A stretch of DNA of 53,473 nt from Candidatus Nanopelagicales bacterium (lineage in GTDB: Bacteria > Actinomycetota > Actinomycetes > S36-B12). The translations under genes and the position numbers were made by a program. Below the pieces are notes generated by a model, which saw only the letters and a list, made by a program, of their open reading frames with translations, was not told the origin of the DNA and made no database searches. This document shows positions 25,203-34,143 of this stretch, piece after piece; within the stretch, counting starts at the first letter, position 1, and every line of letters starts with the position of its first letter. The stretch lies in the NCBI GenBank assembly GCA_044345075.1, contig JBIJBU010000002.1, positions 1 through 53,473 of the forward strand, given 5' to 3'.

Positions 25203-26069
25203 GTGAGCCCCCAGCCGAGCGCCTCCTTCCTCAACCGCCTCGACCTGACCCAGGTCGACCGTGACATCTTCACTGGCCTCTGCCATGCCGGAGCACCGCT
25301 GCGGGCCTACGGCGGCCAGATCGCGGCTCAGTCACTGATGGCGGCAGGAGCCACGGTCGAGGGCACGGACCGCCAGATCCATTCGCTGCACGGCTACTTC
25401 TTACGCCCCGGTCGCTCCTCCGACCAGATCACCTACCTGGTCGAACACCCCCGCGATGGTCGTTCCTTCTCGACCCGCATCGTGCGGGCAGTTCAGCACG
25501 GCGAGACCATCTTCATGATGACTGCCTCTTTCGCACTCGTCGAGCAGGGGCCGATGCACCAGTTCGCCGAGCCCGCCGCTCCCCTGCCTGATGACGTTGC
25601 CGCGATCTTGCTCCCGCGCCACGTCGATCTGAATGAGGAGGAGACCGGCTGGCATGGCTTCGAGAGTCAGGGCTTCGAGTTGCGGATCATCAACCCGGAT
25701 ACGGCGATGCCGTTGCGCGACGGACGATACGAGGGCATGTCGTGGGTGAGAATCCCCGAGGAGCTTCCCCACGAGTACCTGATCCAGGCCTCGGCTCTCA
25801 CCTACCTGTCAGACCTCACGATGGTGAGCACGGCACTTGCGCCGCACGGGGGCAAGGAAGCCGCGCAGGATCTCATGCTTGCGTCAATCGATCATGCCGT
25901 GTGGTTCCACGCACCCATTAATACGAATGAATGGATGCTGTTCGCTCAGGACACCCCGGTCGCGCGCGGTGGGCATGGTCTGGCCCGCGGATTGTTCTAT
26001 GACCTCAACGGAATCCTGGTCGCGTCAGTGGTGCAGGAGTCCTTGCTGCGCACGCGACTGCCGCGCTAA
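25203..26069 (+). CDS. tesB: acyl-CoA thioesterase II (double hot-dog)
   Basis: LNRLDLTQVDRDIFTG, YGGQIAAQSL, HSLHGYFLRPG, SIDHAVWFH. GTG 25203 preferred; the track start is 25161. Confidence 0.8.
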   Translation: MSPQPSASFLNRLDLTQVDRDIFTGLCHAGAPLRAYGGQIAAQSLMAAGATVEGTDRQIHSLHGYFLRPGRSSDQITYLVEHPRDGRSFSTRIVRAVQHGETIFMMTASFALVEQGPMHQFAEPAAPLPDDVAAILLPRHVDLNEEETGWHGFESQGFELRIINPDTAMPLRDGRYEGMSWVRIPEELPHEYLIQASALTYLSDLTMVSTALAPHGGKEAAQDLMLASIDHAVWFHAPINTNEWMLFAQDTPVARGGHGLARGLFYDLNGILVASVVQESLLRTRLPR

Positions 26070-26783
26070 CTACGCCTCAGGAGTCTCGGGCACATACTCC
26101 GGCGCTGTTCCACCACGACGCTTCGGCAGCCACCAGGCGTCTTCACCCGGCAGCGGAGCCGGGTAACGATCCAAGGATTGATCCAGAAGTACCTGCATGC
26201 GCGAACGAAGCTCAACGGTGAGCTCATCGGGATCCTGCCCGCGCTCGGGGTACATCGGCTCGCCGAGAGTCAGGCACACCGTGCGCCCTCGAGTGAGATC
26301 CTTGTGGCCGTAGTAGAGGATGCGCTGCCCGCCGAAGATGATCATCGGCACGATGGGCGCCTTGGCACTGATCGCCATGCGCACCGCGCCGTTCTTGAAT
26401 TCCTTGATCTCGAATGACTTGCTCATCGTTGCCTCGGGGAAGACTCCGACAATCTCGCCTGCCTTGAGCGCACCCACTGCGTCACGGAAGGACTGAGAGC
26501 CGGCCTCGCGATCAACCGGGATGTGCTTCATGCCGCGCATCAGGGGCCCTGCGATCCTGTGCTTGAAGATGCCGTCCTTGGCCATGAAGCGCACGTGGCG
26601 CCCGATTGCCTCTGCCGGAATGCCGCCGAGGGCGAAATCGAGGTAACTCGTGTGGTTGATGGCGAGCACGACACCACCCTCACGGGGCAGGTTGTCGGCA
26701 CCTTCGATGACGAACTTGATACCCAGGCCCTTGAAGACGGATTTCGCCGCGAAGACAACTGGGGGGTATACGAAGTCGGCCAC
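26070..26783 (-). CDS. plsC: 1-acyl-sn-glycerol-3-phosphate acyltransferase family
   Basis: HX4D box NHTSYLDF, FPEATMS and IVPMIIFG. Confidence 0.8.
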   Translation of the reverse strand: MADFVYPPVVFAAKSVFKGLGIKFVIEGADNLPREGGVVLAINHTSYLDFALGGIPAEAIGRHVRFMAKDGIFKHRIAGPLMRGMKHIPVDREAGSQSFRDAVGALKAGEIVGVFPEATMSKSFEIKEFKNGAVRMAISAKAPIVPMIIFGGQRILYYGHKDLTRGRTVCLTLGEPMYPERGQDPDELTVELRSRMQVLLDQSLDRYPAPLPGEDAWWLPKRRGGTAPEYVPETPEA

Positions 26784-26966
26784 GATCCGAGGTTATCGGC
26801 AGGCGCTACCGGCTCGCGTGATCGGCACAGCCTCGCGAGACGCACCTGGGCCGTATCCGAGAATCCGTGCCCGTTCAGGCGGGCCCAGCGCTTGGGTGAC
26901 CTAGGTCCCGCGCACCTGGGCCCTGCTCCCCTGCTCATCGGCCCGGGCAGCACCCATGCTGGTCCT

Positions 26967-27365
26967 ATGGCCGCCCCTGATGTCACCCTCAGTGAGGTGA
27001 TGTCAGCACAGGTGCTCACGATCGAGGCAGGCGAATCCCTGTGGGATGCCTGGCAGATGCTGTTCGTCTCCGGACTTCGCCACATCTCCGTCATCGATGC
27101 CGATGGTGCTTTCGTCGGCCTGTTGAGCGACCGGATGATCCTGGCCAATGCGCCACTTTCCGCCGAATCCTTGAGTGCGCGTACCGTCGGGGAATTGCTG
27201 AGCAGCATGCCCTCCGTATGGCTGTCACCTGATGCTTCACCCGTAGAGGCCGCGCGCCTGATGGCGGAACGATCGCTCGAAGCGGTCGCGGTGCTCGATA
27301 GCAGGAACAAGGTGGTGGGCATCGTGACCGAGTCAGATTTGGTGCGCTGGCTCCTCGCGGCCTGA
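26967..27365 (+). CDS. CBS-pair domain protein
   Basis: 132 aa with two CBS repeats (VMSAQVLTIEAGESLWDA...RHISVID; VWLSPDASPVEAARLM...AVAVLDSRNKVVGIVTESDL). Start trimmed to ATG 26967. Confidence 0.75.
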   Translation: MAAPDVTLSEVMSAQVLTIEAGESLWDAWQMLFVSGLRHISVIDADGAFVGLLSDRMILANAPLSAESLSARTVGELLSSMPSVWLSPDASPVEAARLMAERSLEAVAVLDSRNKVVGIVTESDLVRWLLAA

Positions 27366-27407
27366 ACCACCTCACTACTCGCGCGCACCTGCCCGTAGGC
27401 TTCCCGC

Positions 27408-28007
27408 ATGGCCAGTGCTGACCGACTCGTGTGGATCGACTGCGAGATGACCGGGCTCGATCCGAAATTCGACGAGATAGTCGAGATCGCGTGCATCGTC
27501 ACCGACGCCGAGCTCAATGAACTTGATGAGGGCATCACGCTGGTGGTCAAGCCCGGCGAAGAGTCCTTCGCGGGCATGGACGACTTCGTCGTCAACATGC
27601 ACACGGTCTCCGGCCTGATCGAGGAGATCCCGATGGGCATCGCCCTCGCCGACGCCGAGCAGCAGGTACTCGCCTACGTGAAGACGCATGTGCCCGAGGC
27701 GCGCAAGGCACCGCTCGCCGGCTCGAGCGTCTATGTCGATCGAGGGTTCCTGGCGAACTACATGCCCGAGCTCGATGCGCACCTGCATTACCGGCTCGTC
27801 GACGTCTCGAGCGTGAAGGAACTCACCCGCCGCTGGTACCCCCGGGTCTACTTCGCCTCGCCCGAGAAGACGGGCAATCACCGCGCCCTCGGGGATATTC
27901 GCGACTCCATCAGCGAGCTCCGCTTCTACCGAGATGCCGTCTTCGTCCCCCAGCCCGGCCCAGATACGGACGCCGCTCGCGCCATTGGCGCCGAACACGG
28001 TTCCTGA
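27408..28007 (+). CDS. orn: oligoribonuclease
   Basis: DEDDh exonuclease motifs LVWIDCEMTGLD, AGSSVYVDRGFL and NHRALGDIRDSI. Confidence 0.9.
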   Translation: MASADRLVWIDCEMTGLDPKFDEIVEIACIVTDAELNELDEGITLVVKPGEESFAGMDDFVVNMHTVSGLIEEIPMGIALADAEQQVLAYVKTHVPEARKAPLAGSSVYVDRGFLANYMPELDAHLHYRLVDVSSVKELTRRWYPRVYFASPEKTGNHRALGDIRDSISELRFYRDAVFVPQPGPDTDAARAIGAEHGS

Positions 28008-28056
28008 GGCCCGAAAATCCCACCGCTCGCCCTCCTGTAGTCTTCGGAGGCTTCAT

Positions 28057-28132
28057 GGTGACCGTAGTTCAGCGGTAGAGCGTCGCGTTGTGGTCGCGAA
28101 TGTCGCGGGTTCGAATCCCGTCGGTCACCCCA
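28057..28132 (+). tRNA. tRNA-His (anticodon GTG), with G-1 and encoded CCA
   Basis: G-1 + GTGACCG/CGGTCAC acceptor, anticodon arm TCGCG-TTGTGGT-CGCGA, T loop TTCGAAT, discriminator C followed by CCA. Confidence 0.9.
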
Positions 28133-28136
28133 GCTC

Positions 28137-28174
28137 CTCGGCCCCCGTGCTCTTGCATGGGGGCCGAGTCTTTG
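28137..28174 (+). terminator. hairpin terminator after tRNA-His
   Basis: CTCGGCCCCC-12 nt-GGGGGCCGAG (10-bp stem) followed by TCTTTG. Confidence 0.55.
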
Positions 28175-28241
28175 CTGCAAACCCCTTGCAGGTGACATTC
28201 GCCCCCCTGGACGTACCTGAAATCGCCTATAGAGTCGCCCC

Positions 28242-29174
28242 ATGCGTATCGCCAATGACATCACCGAACTGGTCGGCAACACCCCCCTCGTCCGCATCCG
28301 GAAGATCACCGACGGTGCTGACGCCGAGGTCCTGGCCAAGCTGGAGTTCTTCAATCCCGGCAATAGCGTCAAGGACCGGATCGGCGTCGCGATGATCGAT
28401 GCCGCGCAAGAGGCGGGCCTGATCGGCCCCGACACCATCGTCGTCGAGCCCACCAGCGGCAACACGGGCATCGCCCTGGCTATGGTCTGCGCCGCTCGCG
28501 GCATCAAGATCGTGCTCACCATGCCCGAGACCATGAGCATCGAGCGTCGCATGCTGCTCCGCGGTTACGGCGCAGAGCTGATCCTCACCCCCGGCCCCGA
28601 GGGAATGGGTGGCGCCATCGGCAAGGCGACCGAGCTCGCCGCCAGCGACCCGAAGTACTTCATGCCGCAGCAGTTCAACAATCTCGCAAATCCCGCAATC
28701 CATCGCAAGACAACGGCCCAGGAGATCTGGAACGACACCGACGGCACCGTCGACATCGTCGTTGCCGGTGTGGGCACCGGCGGCACCATCACCGGAGTCG
28801 GCCAGGCACTCAAGGAACTCAAGCCCTCCATCCAGATCGTCGCTGTCGAGCCCGACGCCTCGCCGGTTCTCTCCGGTGGCGCCAAGGGCCCGCACCCGCT
28901 CCAGGGCATTGGCGCAGGTTTTGTTCCTGCAGTTCTCGACACCGAGGTGTACGACGAGGTCATCCGCGTCGTCGCTGACGATGCGATGGCTACTGCTCGC
29001 CGCGCAGCGACCGAGGAAGGCCTGCTGGTCGGCATCTCCTCCGGCGCCGCGCTGTGGGCTGCACGCGAGGTGGCCAAGCGCCCGGAGAACGCCGGCAAGA
29101 CCATCGTCGTGATCATCCCGAGCTTCGGCGAGCGCTACCTGTCGACCGCGCTCTTTGCCGGCCTCGGCGACTAA
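28242..29174 (+). CDS. cysK: cysteine synthase A (O-acetylserine sulfhydrylase)
   Basis: TPLVRI, the PLP lysine in [33 protein letters not shown] and ISSGAA. Confidence 0.92.
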   Translation: MRIANDITELVGNTPLVRIRKITDGADAEVLAKLEFFNPGNSVKDRIGVAMIDAAQEAGLIGPDTIVVEPTSGNTGIALAMVCAARGIKIVLTMPETMSIERRMLLRGYGAELILTPGPEGMGGAIGKATELAASDPKYFMPQQFNNLANPAIHRKTTAQEIWNDTDGTVDIVVAGVGTGGTITGVGQALKELKPSIQIVAVEPDASPVLSGGAKGPHPLQGIGAGFVPAVLDTEVYDEVIRVVADDAMATARRAATEEGLLVGISSGAALWAAREVAKRPENAGKTIVVIIPSFGERYLSTALFAGLGD

Positions 29175-29196
29175 TCGCTGACTTACGGAGACACTC

Positions 29197-29889
29197 ATGG
29201 GTCGCATCGGCGATGAGCTTGCCTCGATCGTCGAACGCGATCCGGCAGCACGCAGTCGCATTGAGGTAGCACTGCTGTACCCGGGCATTCATGCCGTGTG
29301 GGGGCATCGCTTCAGCAGTTGGTTGTGGCGCCACAAGATGAAGTTCCTGGGTCGCGCTGTCTCGCAGTTCACGCGCTTTCTGACCCAGATCGAGATTCAC
29401 CCGGGCGCTACCTTGGGCGCTCGACTGTTCATCGACCATGGATCCGGCGTCGTCATCGGTGAGACCACTGTCATCGGCGACGATGTCACGATTTATCACG
29501 GTGCCACCTTGGGCGGTAATACCCTCGACCCCGGCAAGCGTCACCCCACGATTGGTGATCGCATCGTGGTGGGCAGCGGAGCCAAGGTTCTCGGTGACAT
29601 CACGGTCGGCAGCGACAGCCGCATTGGTGCTAACGCAGTGCTCCTGCGCAGTGTTGCCGATCATTCAGTCGTGGTCGGCGTACCCGGTCAGGTCATCGCG
29701 GATTCGCGCGGGCGCATTCGCCCCACGGGCGAGGATGCTGATCTTCCGGATCCGGTCGGCACCAGCGTGAAGTCACTGCTGCGCCGAGTGGAAGAACTCG
29801 AGATGCAGGTGACAGGTCACCTGACCACATCGAACTCTTACATCAGCGCCGATGGCGTATGGCAGACCGAGGATGACTTCTCGATCTAA
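29197..29889 (+). CDS. cysE: serine O-acetyltransferase with about 60-aa C-terminal extension
   Basis: ERDPAARS, IEIHPGATLGARLFIDHGSGVVIGETTVIGDDVTIYHGATLGG (hexapeptide repeats). The tail ends ...TEDDFSI. Confidence 0.88.
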   Translation: MGRIGDELASIVERDPAARSRIEVALLYPGIHAVWGHRFSSWLWRHKMKFLGRAVSQFTRFLTQIEIHPGATLGARLFIDHGSGVVIGETTVIGDDVTIYHGATLGGNTLDPGKRHPTIGDRIVVGSGAKVLGDITVGSDSRIGANAVLLRSVADHSVVVGVPGQVIADSRGRIRPTGEDADLPDPVGTSVKSLLRRVEELEMQVTGHLTTSNSYISADGVWQTEDDFSI

Positions 29890-29894
29890 GTGAA

Positions 29895-30293
29895 CTACTT
29901 GCGAATATCGCGCGAGTAGCAGTCGGCCTCGATCTCGACGAGCATCGCCGGATCGACGAAGGCCACGCCGGAGAGAATCGTGAGCGCCGGGCGAATCTCG
30001 CCGAAGATCTCGCCATGGGCACGGGCGACATCATCCATCGCCTCGGCAGTCGAGACGTAGCAGCGAGTGCGCACGACATCGGCAAGGGTGACGCCTACCT
30101 GGGCGATGGCCTTCTCGATCACGCCGAGGGCAGTGAGGGTTTGGTTGTAGGCATCACCGGGATGCTGCACTACTCCGTCGATCGTTGCCGTCGTACCGGA
30201 GACATGGACGTAATCGCCTGCCACCACTGCACGGGAGTAACCGATCTTGCTCTCCCACGGACTACCACTTGAAATCAGCTTGTCTGCACCCAT
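29895..30293 (-). CDS. RidA/YjgF family reactive-intermediate deaminase
   Basis: 132 aa: YSRAVVAGDYVHVSGTTA... VRTRCYV... PALTILSGVAFVDPAMLVEIEA. Confidence 0.8.
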   Translation of the reverse strand: MGADKLISSGSPWESKIGYSRAVVAGDYVHVSGTTATIDGVVQHPGDAYNQTLTALGVIEKAIAQVGVTLADVVRTRCYVSTAEAMDDVARAHGEIFGEIRPALTILSGVAFVDPAMLVEIEADCYSRDIRK

Positions 30294-30302
30294 GCGAAAA
30301 AC

Positions 30303-31082
30303 CTACAGGGCCCGTTCTTCGGCAATGGAGTTACCTCCGTCAACCACGATCGACTGACCGGTGATGTACGAAGCTCCAGGCGAAGCCAGCCACGCAACAG
30401 CCGAAGCAACCTCCTCGGGCCGTGCCGGGCGCCCCATCGGCACGGTGAACCCCTGTTCGTACTCCGGCCCGGTCAGTGCCTCGGTGTGAATCCAGCCTGG
30501 CGACACCGAATTGCACGTGATGCCATTTCGCGCCTCATCCAGGGCCACACCCCGCATGAGACCGTTCATGCCGCCCTTGCCTGCCGCATAGGCGACGAGA
30601 TTGCGCATCGCCATGTGCTCGCCGGTGACACTCGAGATCATGATGATTCGTCCGCTACCTGAGGCGCGCAGATGCGGGAGTGCGGCCTTCGTGGAGAGGA
30701 AGGCCGTGTCGAGATTGCGGCCGAGTGCAGCCTGCCAACCGGCAAAGCTGATCTCACCCACGCCACCCATCTCAGCGACGGCCGGATTGTCGTGGCTGGT
30801 CATGCCTGCGTTATTCACGAGCACGTCGATGCCGCCGAGTTCATCGGCCAACATCTCGAACACCTCAAAGGTCGCATCTGCATCGGTGAGATCGCAGCGC
30901 GCTGCAATCGCGTCAAAGCCCATTTCATTGAGCTCATTCGCGCGATCGATCACTCGTTCACTGAGACCAAGAAGTGCGACGGAGGCACCCAGATCAGCCA
31001 GCACTCGGGCCGACTCGAATCCGATACCGATCGCACTGCCCGCACCCGTGACGACTACGCGGCGCCCACTGAAATCCCACAT
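30303..31082 (-). CDS. SDR family oxidoreductase (FabG-like)
   Basis: VVVTGAGSAIGIG, NNAG, SSVTG...YAAGKGG (S-Y-K), SPGWI. Start trimmed to ATG 31082. Confidence 0.85.
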   Translation of the reverse strand: MWDFSGRRVVVTGAGSAIGIGFESARVLADLGASVALLGLSERVIDRANELNEMGFDAIAARCDLTDADATFEVFEMLADELGGIDVLVNNAGMTSHDNPAVAEMGGVGEISFAGWQAALGRNLDTAFLSTKAALPHLRASGSGRIIMISSVTGEHMAMRNLVAYAAGKGGMNGLMRGVALDEARNGITCNSVSPGWIHTEALTGPEYEQGFTVPMGRPARPEEVASAVAWLASPGASYITGQSIVVDGGNSIAEERAL

Positions 31083-31096
31083 GTCAGACTCTTTCC

Positions 31097-31285
31097 ATGA
31101 GTTCGACTTCCGAGAGCGAGGCGATCGCCCTCGCACACGCCCAGGCTATGGCACGGGAGGACGACGGGTACTTCGATCCGCGCACCGGTTTATTCGTGAT
31201 GACCGAGGCGTACCACCTGCATCGCGGGGCGTGCTGCGGCAACAGATGCCGCCACTGTCCATTTGACTACGAGGCGTGCGACTGA
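31097..31285 (+). CDS. small Cys-rich protein (DUF5522-like, CCGNRCRHCPF motif)
   Basis: 62 aa. ...YFDPRTGLFVMTEAYHLHRGACCGNRCRHCPF matches my recollection of the DUF5522 family. Confidence 0.6.
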   Translation: MSSTSESEAIALAHAQAMAREDDGYFDPRTGLFVMTEAYHLHRGACCGNRCRHCPFDYEACD

Positions 31286-31295
31286 CGCATTCTCG

Positions 31296-32408
31296 CTAGG
31301 TCACCTGCAGGCAGCGTCGTTCCAGCGATGCACTGCCCAGCCGAGCGCACACCTCACTCGCGGGCCGAGCCCCCTTGTGATGCACCGACCAGTACGAGCC
31401 CATGCCGGCCAGGCAGGAATTCGTGAGTGCACCGGCATCTGCGCACACTTGAGCACCAATCGTCGGATCATCCGGGTGGTACTTGATGGTTCGACTGCCC
31501 ACGCCCTTCGCGCATAGCTGCTGCCCGAAATCGGCGGACGCATCGGCGCACCACTGCATCGCACCCGCGAAGTCATCGGGATTCTCGGAAAGCCAGAGCG
31601 TGGGCGTATAAAACCAGCAGGAACCCGCGTAGGGCATTCGAACTTCGGCGCAGGTTGCTCGAGCGGTATCAACGGTCTGCGGGTTCGCGCCCTTGCCGGC
31701 CGCGTGACCACCGGCCACGTCGGCGCTGAAGAGTTGCATGAAGACGCCCTCACCGCAGCGCACCGACAAGATCTCCTTCGGCGCGAGATCGCAGAGATCA
31801 AGTGACCGCGCAAGATCGAGCCCGGTCGCGAACATCACGCCATGACCCACCCCGTGAAAGCACGAACCATCTTGGTCGGGTGCGCAGATCTCTAATAAGT
31901 CGCGGCCGGGGTCCGTGGATGTCGCGAGTGCGTCCTCGATCACGCCGTGGGTGAAGCCACCGCCGCAAACATCGTTGCGCACAGTGAGCGCCTTACCTGG
32001 CTTGCCGCCTGCGAGCTCCAGCGCCTGATGCCCCAGATCATGGGAGATCGCATGGCAGACACCACCAAGAGCGGTATCCGCACGCGAACGCAGCTCAAGT
32101 TCTTCAAGCGCTGCGGCGGAGCCTTGCTTGCGCTGCACGTCGAGCAGCTCGGCGCTGACCTGGCTGTAGAGATCACGAGTGACCTCCACCGATGTTGATG
32201 AAGACGCCGCTGTGGGCGTCGCATCGTCGTGGGTGCCGTTGAGGGTGTGGTTGCCGGTGTCGACATGCATGGCGACCGGAGCGCCGCCGCTGGGAGCAGC
32301 CACAGGATGCCCGTGATCACCCTGGCCGGTCAGCACGAAGGCGAGGGCACCCGCGATAAGAACAGCCACGGTGACCGCAGCAATGACTGTCCTGCGCATG
32401 TGAGCCAT
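31296..32408 (-). CDS. hypothetical membrane-anchored extracytoplasmic protein with seven two-cysteine repeats
   Basis: MAHMRRTVIAAVTVAVLIAGALAFVL (signal anchor), a His-rich linker (GDHGHP...MHVDTGNHTLNGTHDD), then 14 Cys in seven C-x(6-30)-C-x2-G units. No family recognised. Start is ATG 32408; ATG 32399 is an alternative. Confidence 0.6.
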   Translation of the reverse strand: MAHMRRTVIAAVTVAVLIAGALAFVLTGQGDHGHPVAAPSGGAPVAMHVDTGNHTLNGTHDDATPTAASSSTSVEVTRDLYSQVSAELLDVQRKQGSAAALEELELRSRADTALGGVCHAISHDLGHQALELAGGKPGKALTVRNDVCGGGFTHGVIEDALATSTDPGRDLLEICAPDQDGSCFHGVGHGVMFATGLDLARSLDLCDLAPKEILSVRCGEGVFMQLFSADVAGGHAAGKGANPQTVDTARATCAEVRMPYAGSCWFYTPTLWLSENPDDFAGAMQWCADASADFGQQLCAKGVGSRTIKYHPDDPTIGAQVCADAGALTNSCLAGMGSYWSVHHKGARPASEVCARLGSASLERRCLQVT

Positions 32409-32436
32409 CGTAGGAGTGGTCGCGTACGGTTGGCGC

Positions 32437-33900
32437 ATGCCTCGCAGGATCGCCGCCGTACTCGCCACATGCCTGGTGTTGGCCACCATCGGCACAGCAA
32501 CCGTGGCAGAAGCTGCCGATAGACCGATCGCCAAGGGCAGCTGGGCAATGGCACCGCAGAGCAAAGACGCCAACGGCGATGGCTTCATCGATGGCGACGG
32601 TGGAGTACCCGCTCGAGGTGCACTCTCGCTCAACCCCTCGGCGACGATGATCGGCGCCGGTAACTACGTGGCTCAGCCCAATGAGCGGCTCATTAACGGT
32701 TCGCTCTCCTGGTACCTGGGCAACACCTTCAGCGTCCTCCTCAATGCGTGCGGATCTAAGGGGGACTCGTACTCCTGGGCAGTTACCGGAGCGACCACAG
32801 TGCGCACCCCGTTGAAGCCGATGAAGAAGTGCACGAGCAACGTAATGCTGCCCGAGGGCACATACTCCTTCTCTCTCACCGTGAAGTCCGGGCGATCTAC
32901 CGTCAAGCAGACCATGCGCGGCTCAGTCAATAACTACGTGATGGTCTCGATGGGCGACTCCTACGCCTCGGGAGAGGGCAACCCGCGCAACATCGATGCC
33001 TACCTCGAGCAGGCCGGGCTCTTCTCCTCCTTCACGCCCTATTGGGACGACTCTGCGTGCGCACGCAGCACGCACAGCGCTCCGGCGCGTGCTGCGCTCG
33101 AGCTCGAGAAGTCCTCGCCGTACTTCAGCGTGACCTTGATCGACGTGAGTTGCAGCGGGGCGACGATCAACGCAGGCGTGCTCGGCCCGCAAGCCCGCGC
33201 TCGTCAGTCAGCCAGTCAGGTTGAGCAGGCTCGAGCACTCGCGGCCGGACAGCGCATCGATGCCATCACGCTTTCGGTCGGCGGCAATGACATCGGATTC
33301 GGCGCGATCTTGCAGGCGTGCGCATTACAGGCGAACTGCCCGACCCAGCCCTCCTCAACTCCCCCACTCAAGGGCTACCCGTCCACTCAGGCAGGAGCCC
33401 AGGCGAACCTCGCTGCATTGCCGGCCAAGTACGCCGCGGTCAATGCCGCTCTCGCAGGCCTGGCACCAGGCGCACCGATCTTCCCGACCATGTATCCCGA
33501 CATCACTCGCGATGCCAATGGCGCTCCGTGCACGTACCTGACGATGAGCCAGTCTGACTTTGCCTGGGCACGCGCCACTTTGCTCGTACCTGATCCCCAG
33601 TCTCCGTATTCGTACGTGACGACGTCGGGTACCACCGTGCCCATGGCATTGCCTGCCGGCACCCTGAATAGCCAGATTGCCGCGACTGCCGGTGCCTTGG
33701 GCTGGTCGGACATCGCAGGCACCTGGGGGGCCAGCGGTAACTCCGAGGTGGGTCACGGCGTGTGCGCCGGGAGCCAGGCCTGGACCTTTGGCCTGATCAG
33801 CCTCGGGCCACTCGCTGCGGCCGCCTTCCATCCCAACCCGAAGGGCCTGGAAGTCATGGGCAAGGCGATCGCCGCGGAAGTCGGAACCCGACTGCGCTAG
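32437..33900 (+). CDS. secreted SGNH/GDSL hydrolase with N-terminal accessory domain
   Basis: Signal peptide MPRRIAAVLATCLVLATIGTATVAEA, an Asp/Gly loop DANGDGFIDGDGG, SGNH block I MVSMGDSYASGEGN and block III LSVGGNDIGF. Confidence 0.75.
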   Translation: MPRRIAAVLATCLVLATIGTATVAEAADRPIAKGSWAMAPQSKDANGDGFIDGDGGVPARGALSLNPSATMIGAGNYVAQPNERLINGSLSWYLGNTFSVLLNACGSKGDSYSWAVTGATTVRTPLKPMKKCTSNVMLPEGTYSFSLTVKSGRSTVKQTMRGSVNNYVMVSMGDSYASGEGNPRNIDAYLEQAGLFSSFTPYWDDSACARSTHSAPARAALELEKSSPYFSVTLIDVSCSGATINAGVLGPQARARQSASQVEQARALAAGQRIDAITLSVGGNDIGFGAILQACALQANCPTQPSSTPPLKGYPSTQAGAQANLAALPAKYAAVNAALAGLAPGAPIFPTMYPDITRDANGAPCTYLTMSQSDFAWARATLLVPDPQSPYSYVTTSGTTVPMALPAGTLNSQIAATAGALGWSDIAGTWGASGNSEVGHGVCAGSQAWTFGLISLGPLAAAAFHPNPKGLEVMGKAIAAEVGTRLR

Positions 33901-33962
33901 CCCCGCGGGAGGCCGTTCGAGGGCCTCGAATCACGGTGGTAGTGTTCTCACTTGCATGGCAG

Positions 33963-34038
<76 letters not shown>

Positions 34039-34043
34039 GGCAG

Positions 34044-34073
34044 AGGCCACCTTCGGGTGGCCTTCTTCCTTTT
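34044..34073 (+). terminator. rho-independent terminator after tRNA-Lys
   Basis: AGGCCACC-TTCG-GGTGGCCT followed by TCTTCCTTTT. Confidence 0.75.
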
Positions 34074-34143
34074 CACGGCCGCACTCTCACATCAACTTTC
34101 GCTCCGAAACGCCGGATGAGCCGACGTGACGTACTCTCACAGA

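Noticed and set aside
24190-25206. 338-aa plus-strand ORF
   Set aside because: It is antisense to the HSL-type esterase, which has HGGG and GxSxG motifs. Shadow frame.
26540-27640. 366-aa ORF on the minus strand
   Set aside because: It spans parts of plsC, an intergenic region, the CBS gene and orn on the opposite strand. The Ser/Thr/Ala/Pro/Arg low-complexity sequence marks it as a shadow ORF.
28227-29288. 353-aa minus-strand ORF
   Set aside because: It is antisense to cysK and the start of cysE, both unambiguous. No motifs were seen.
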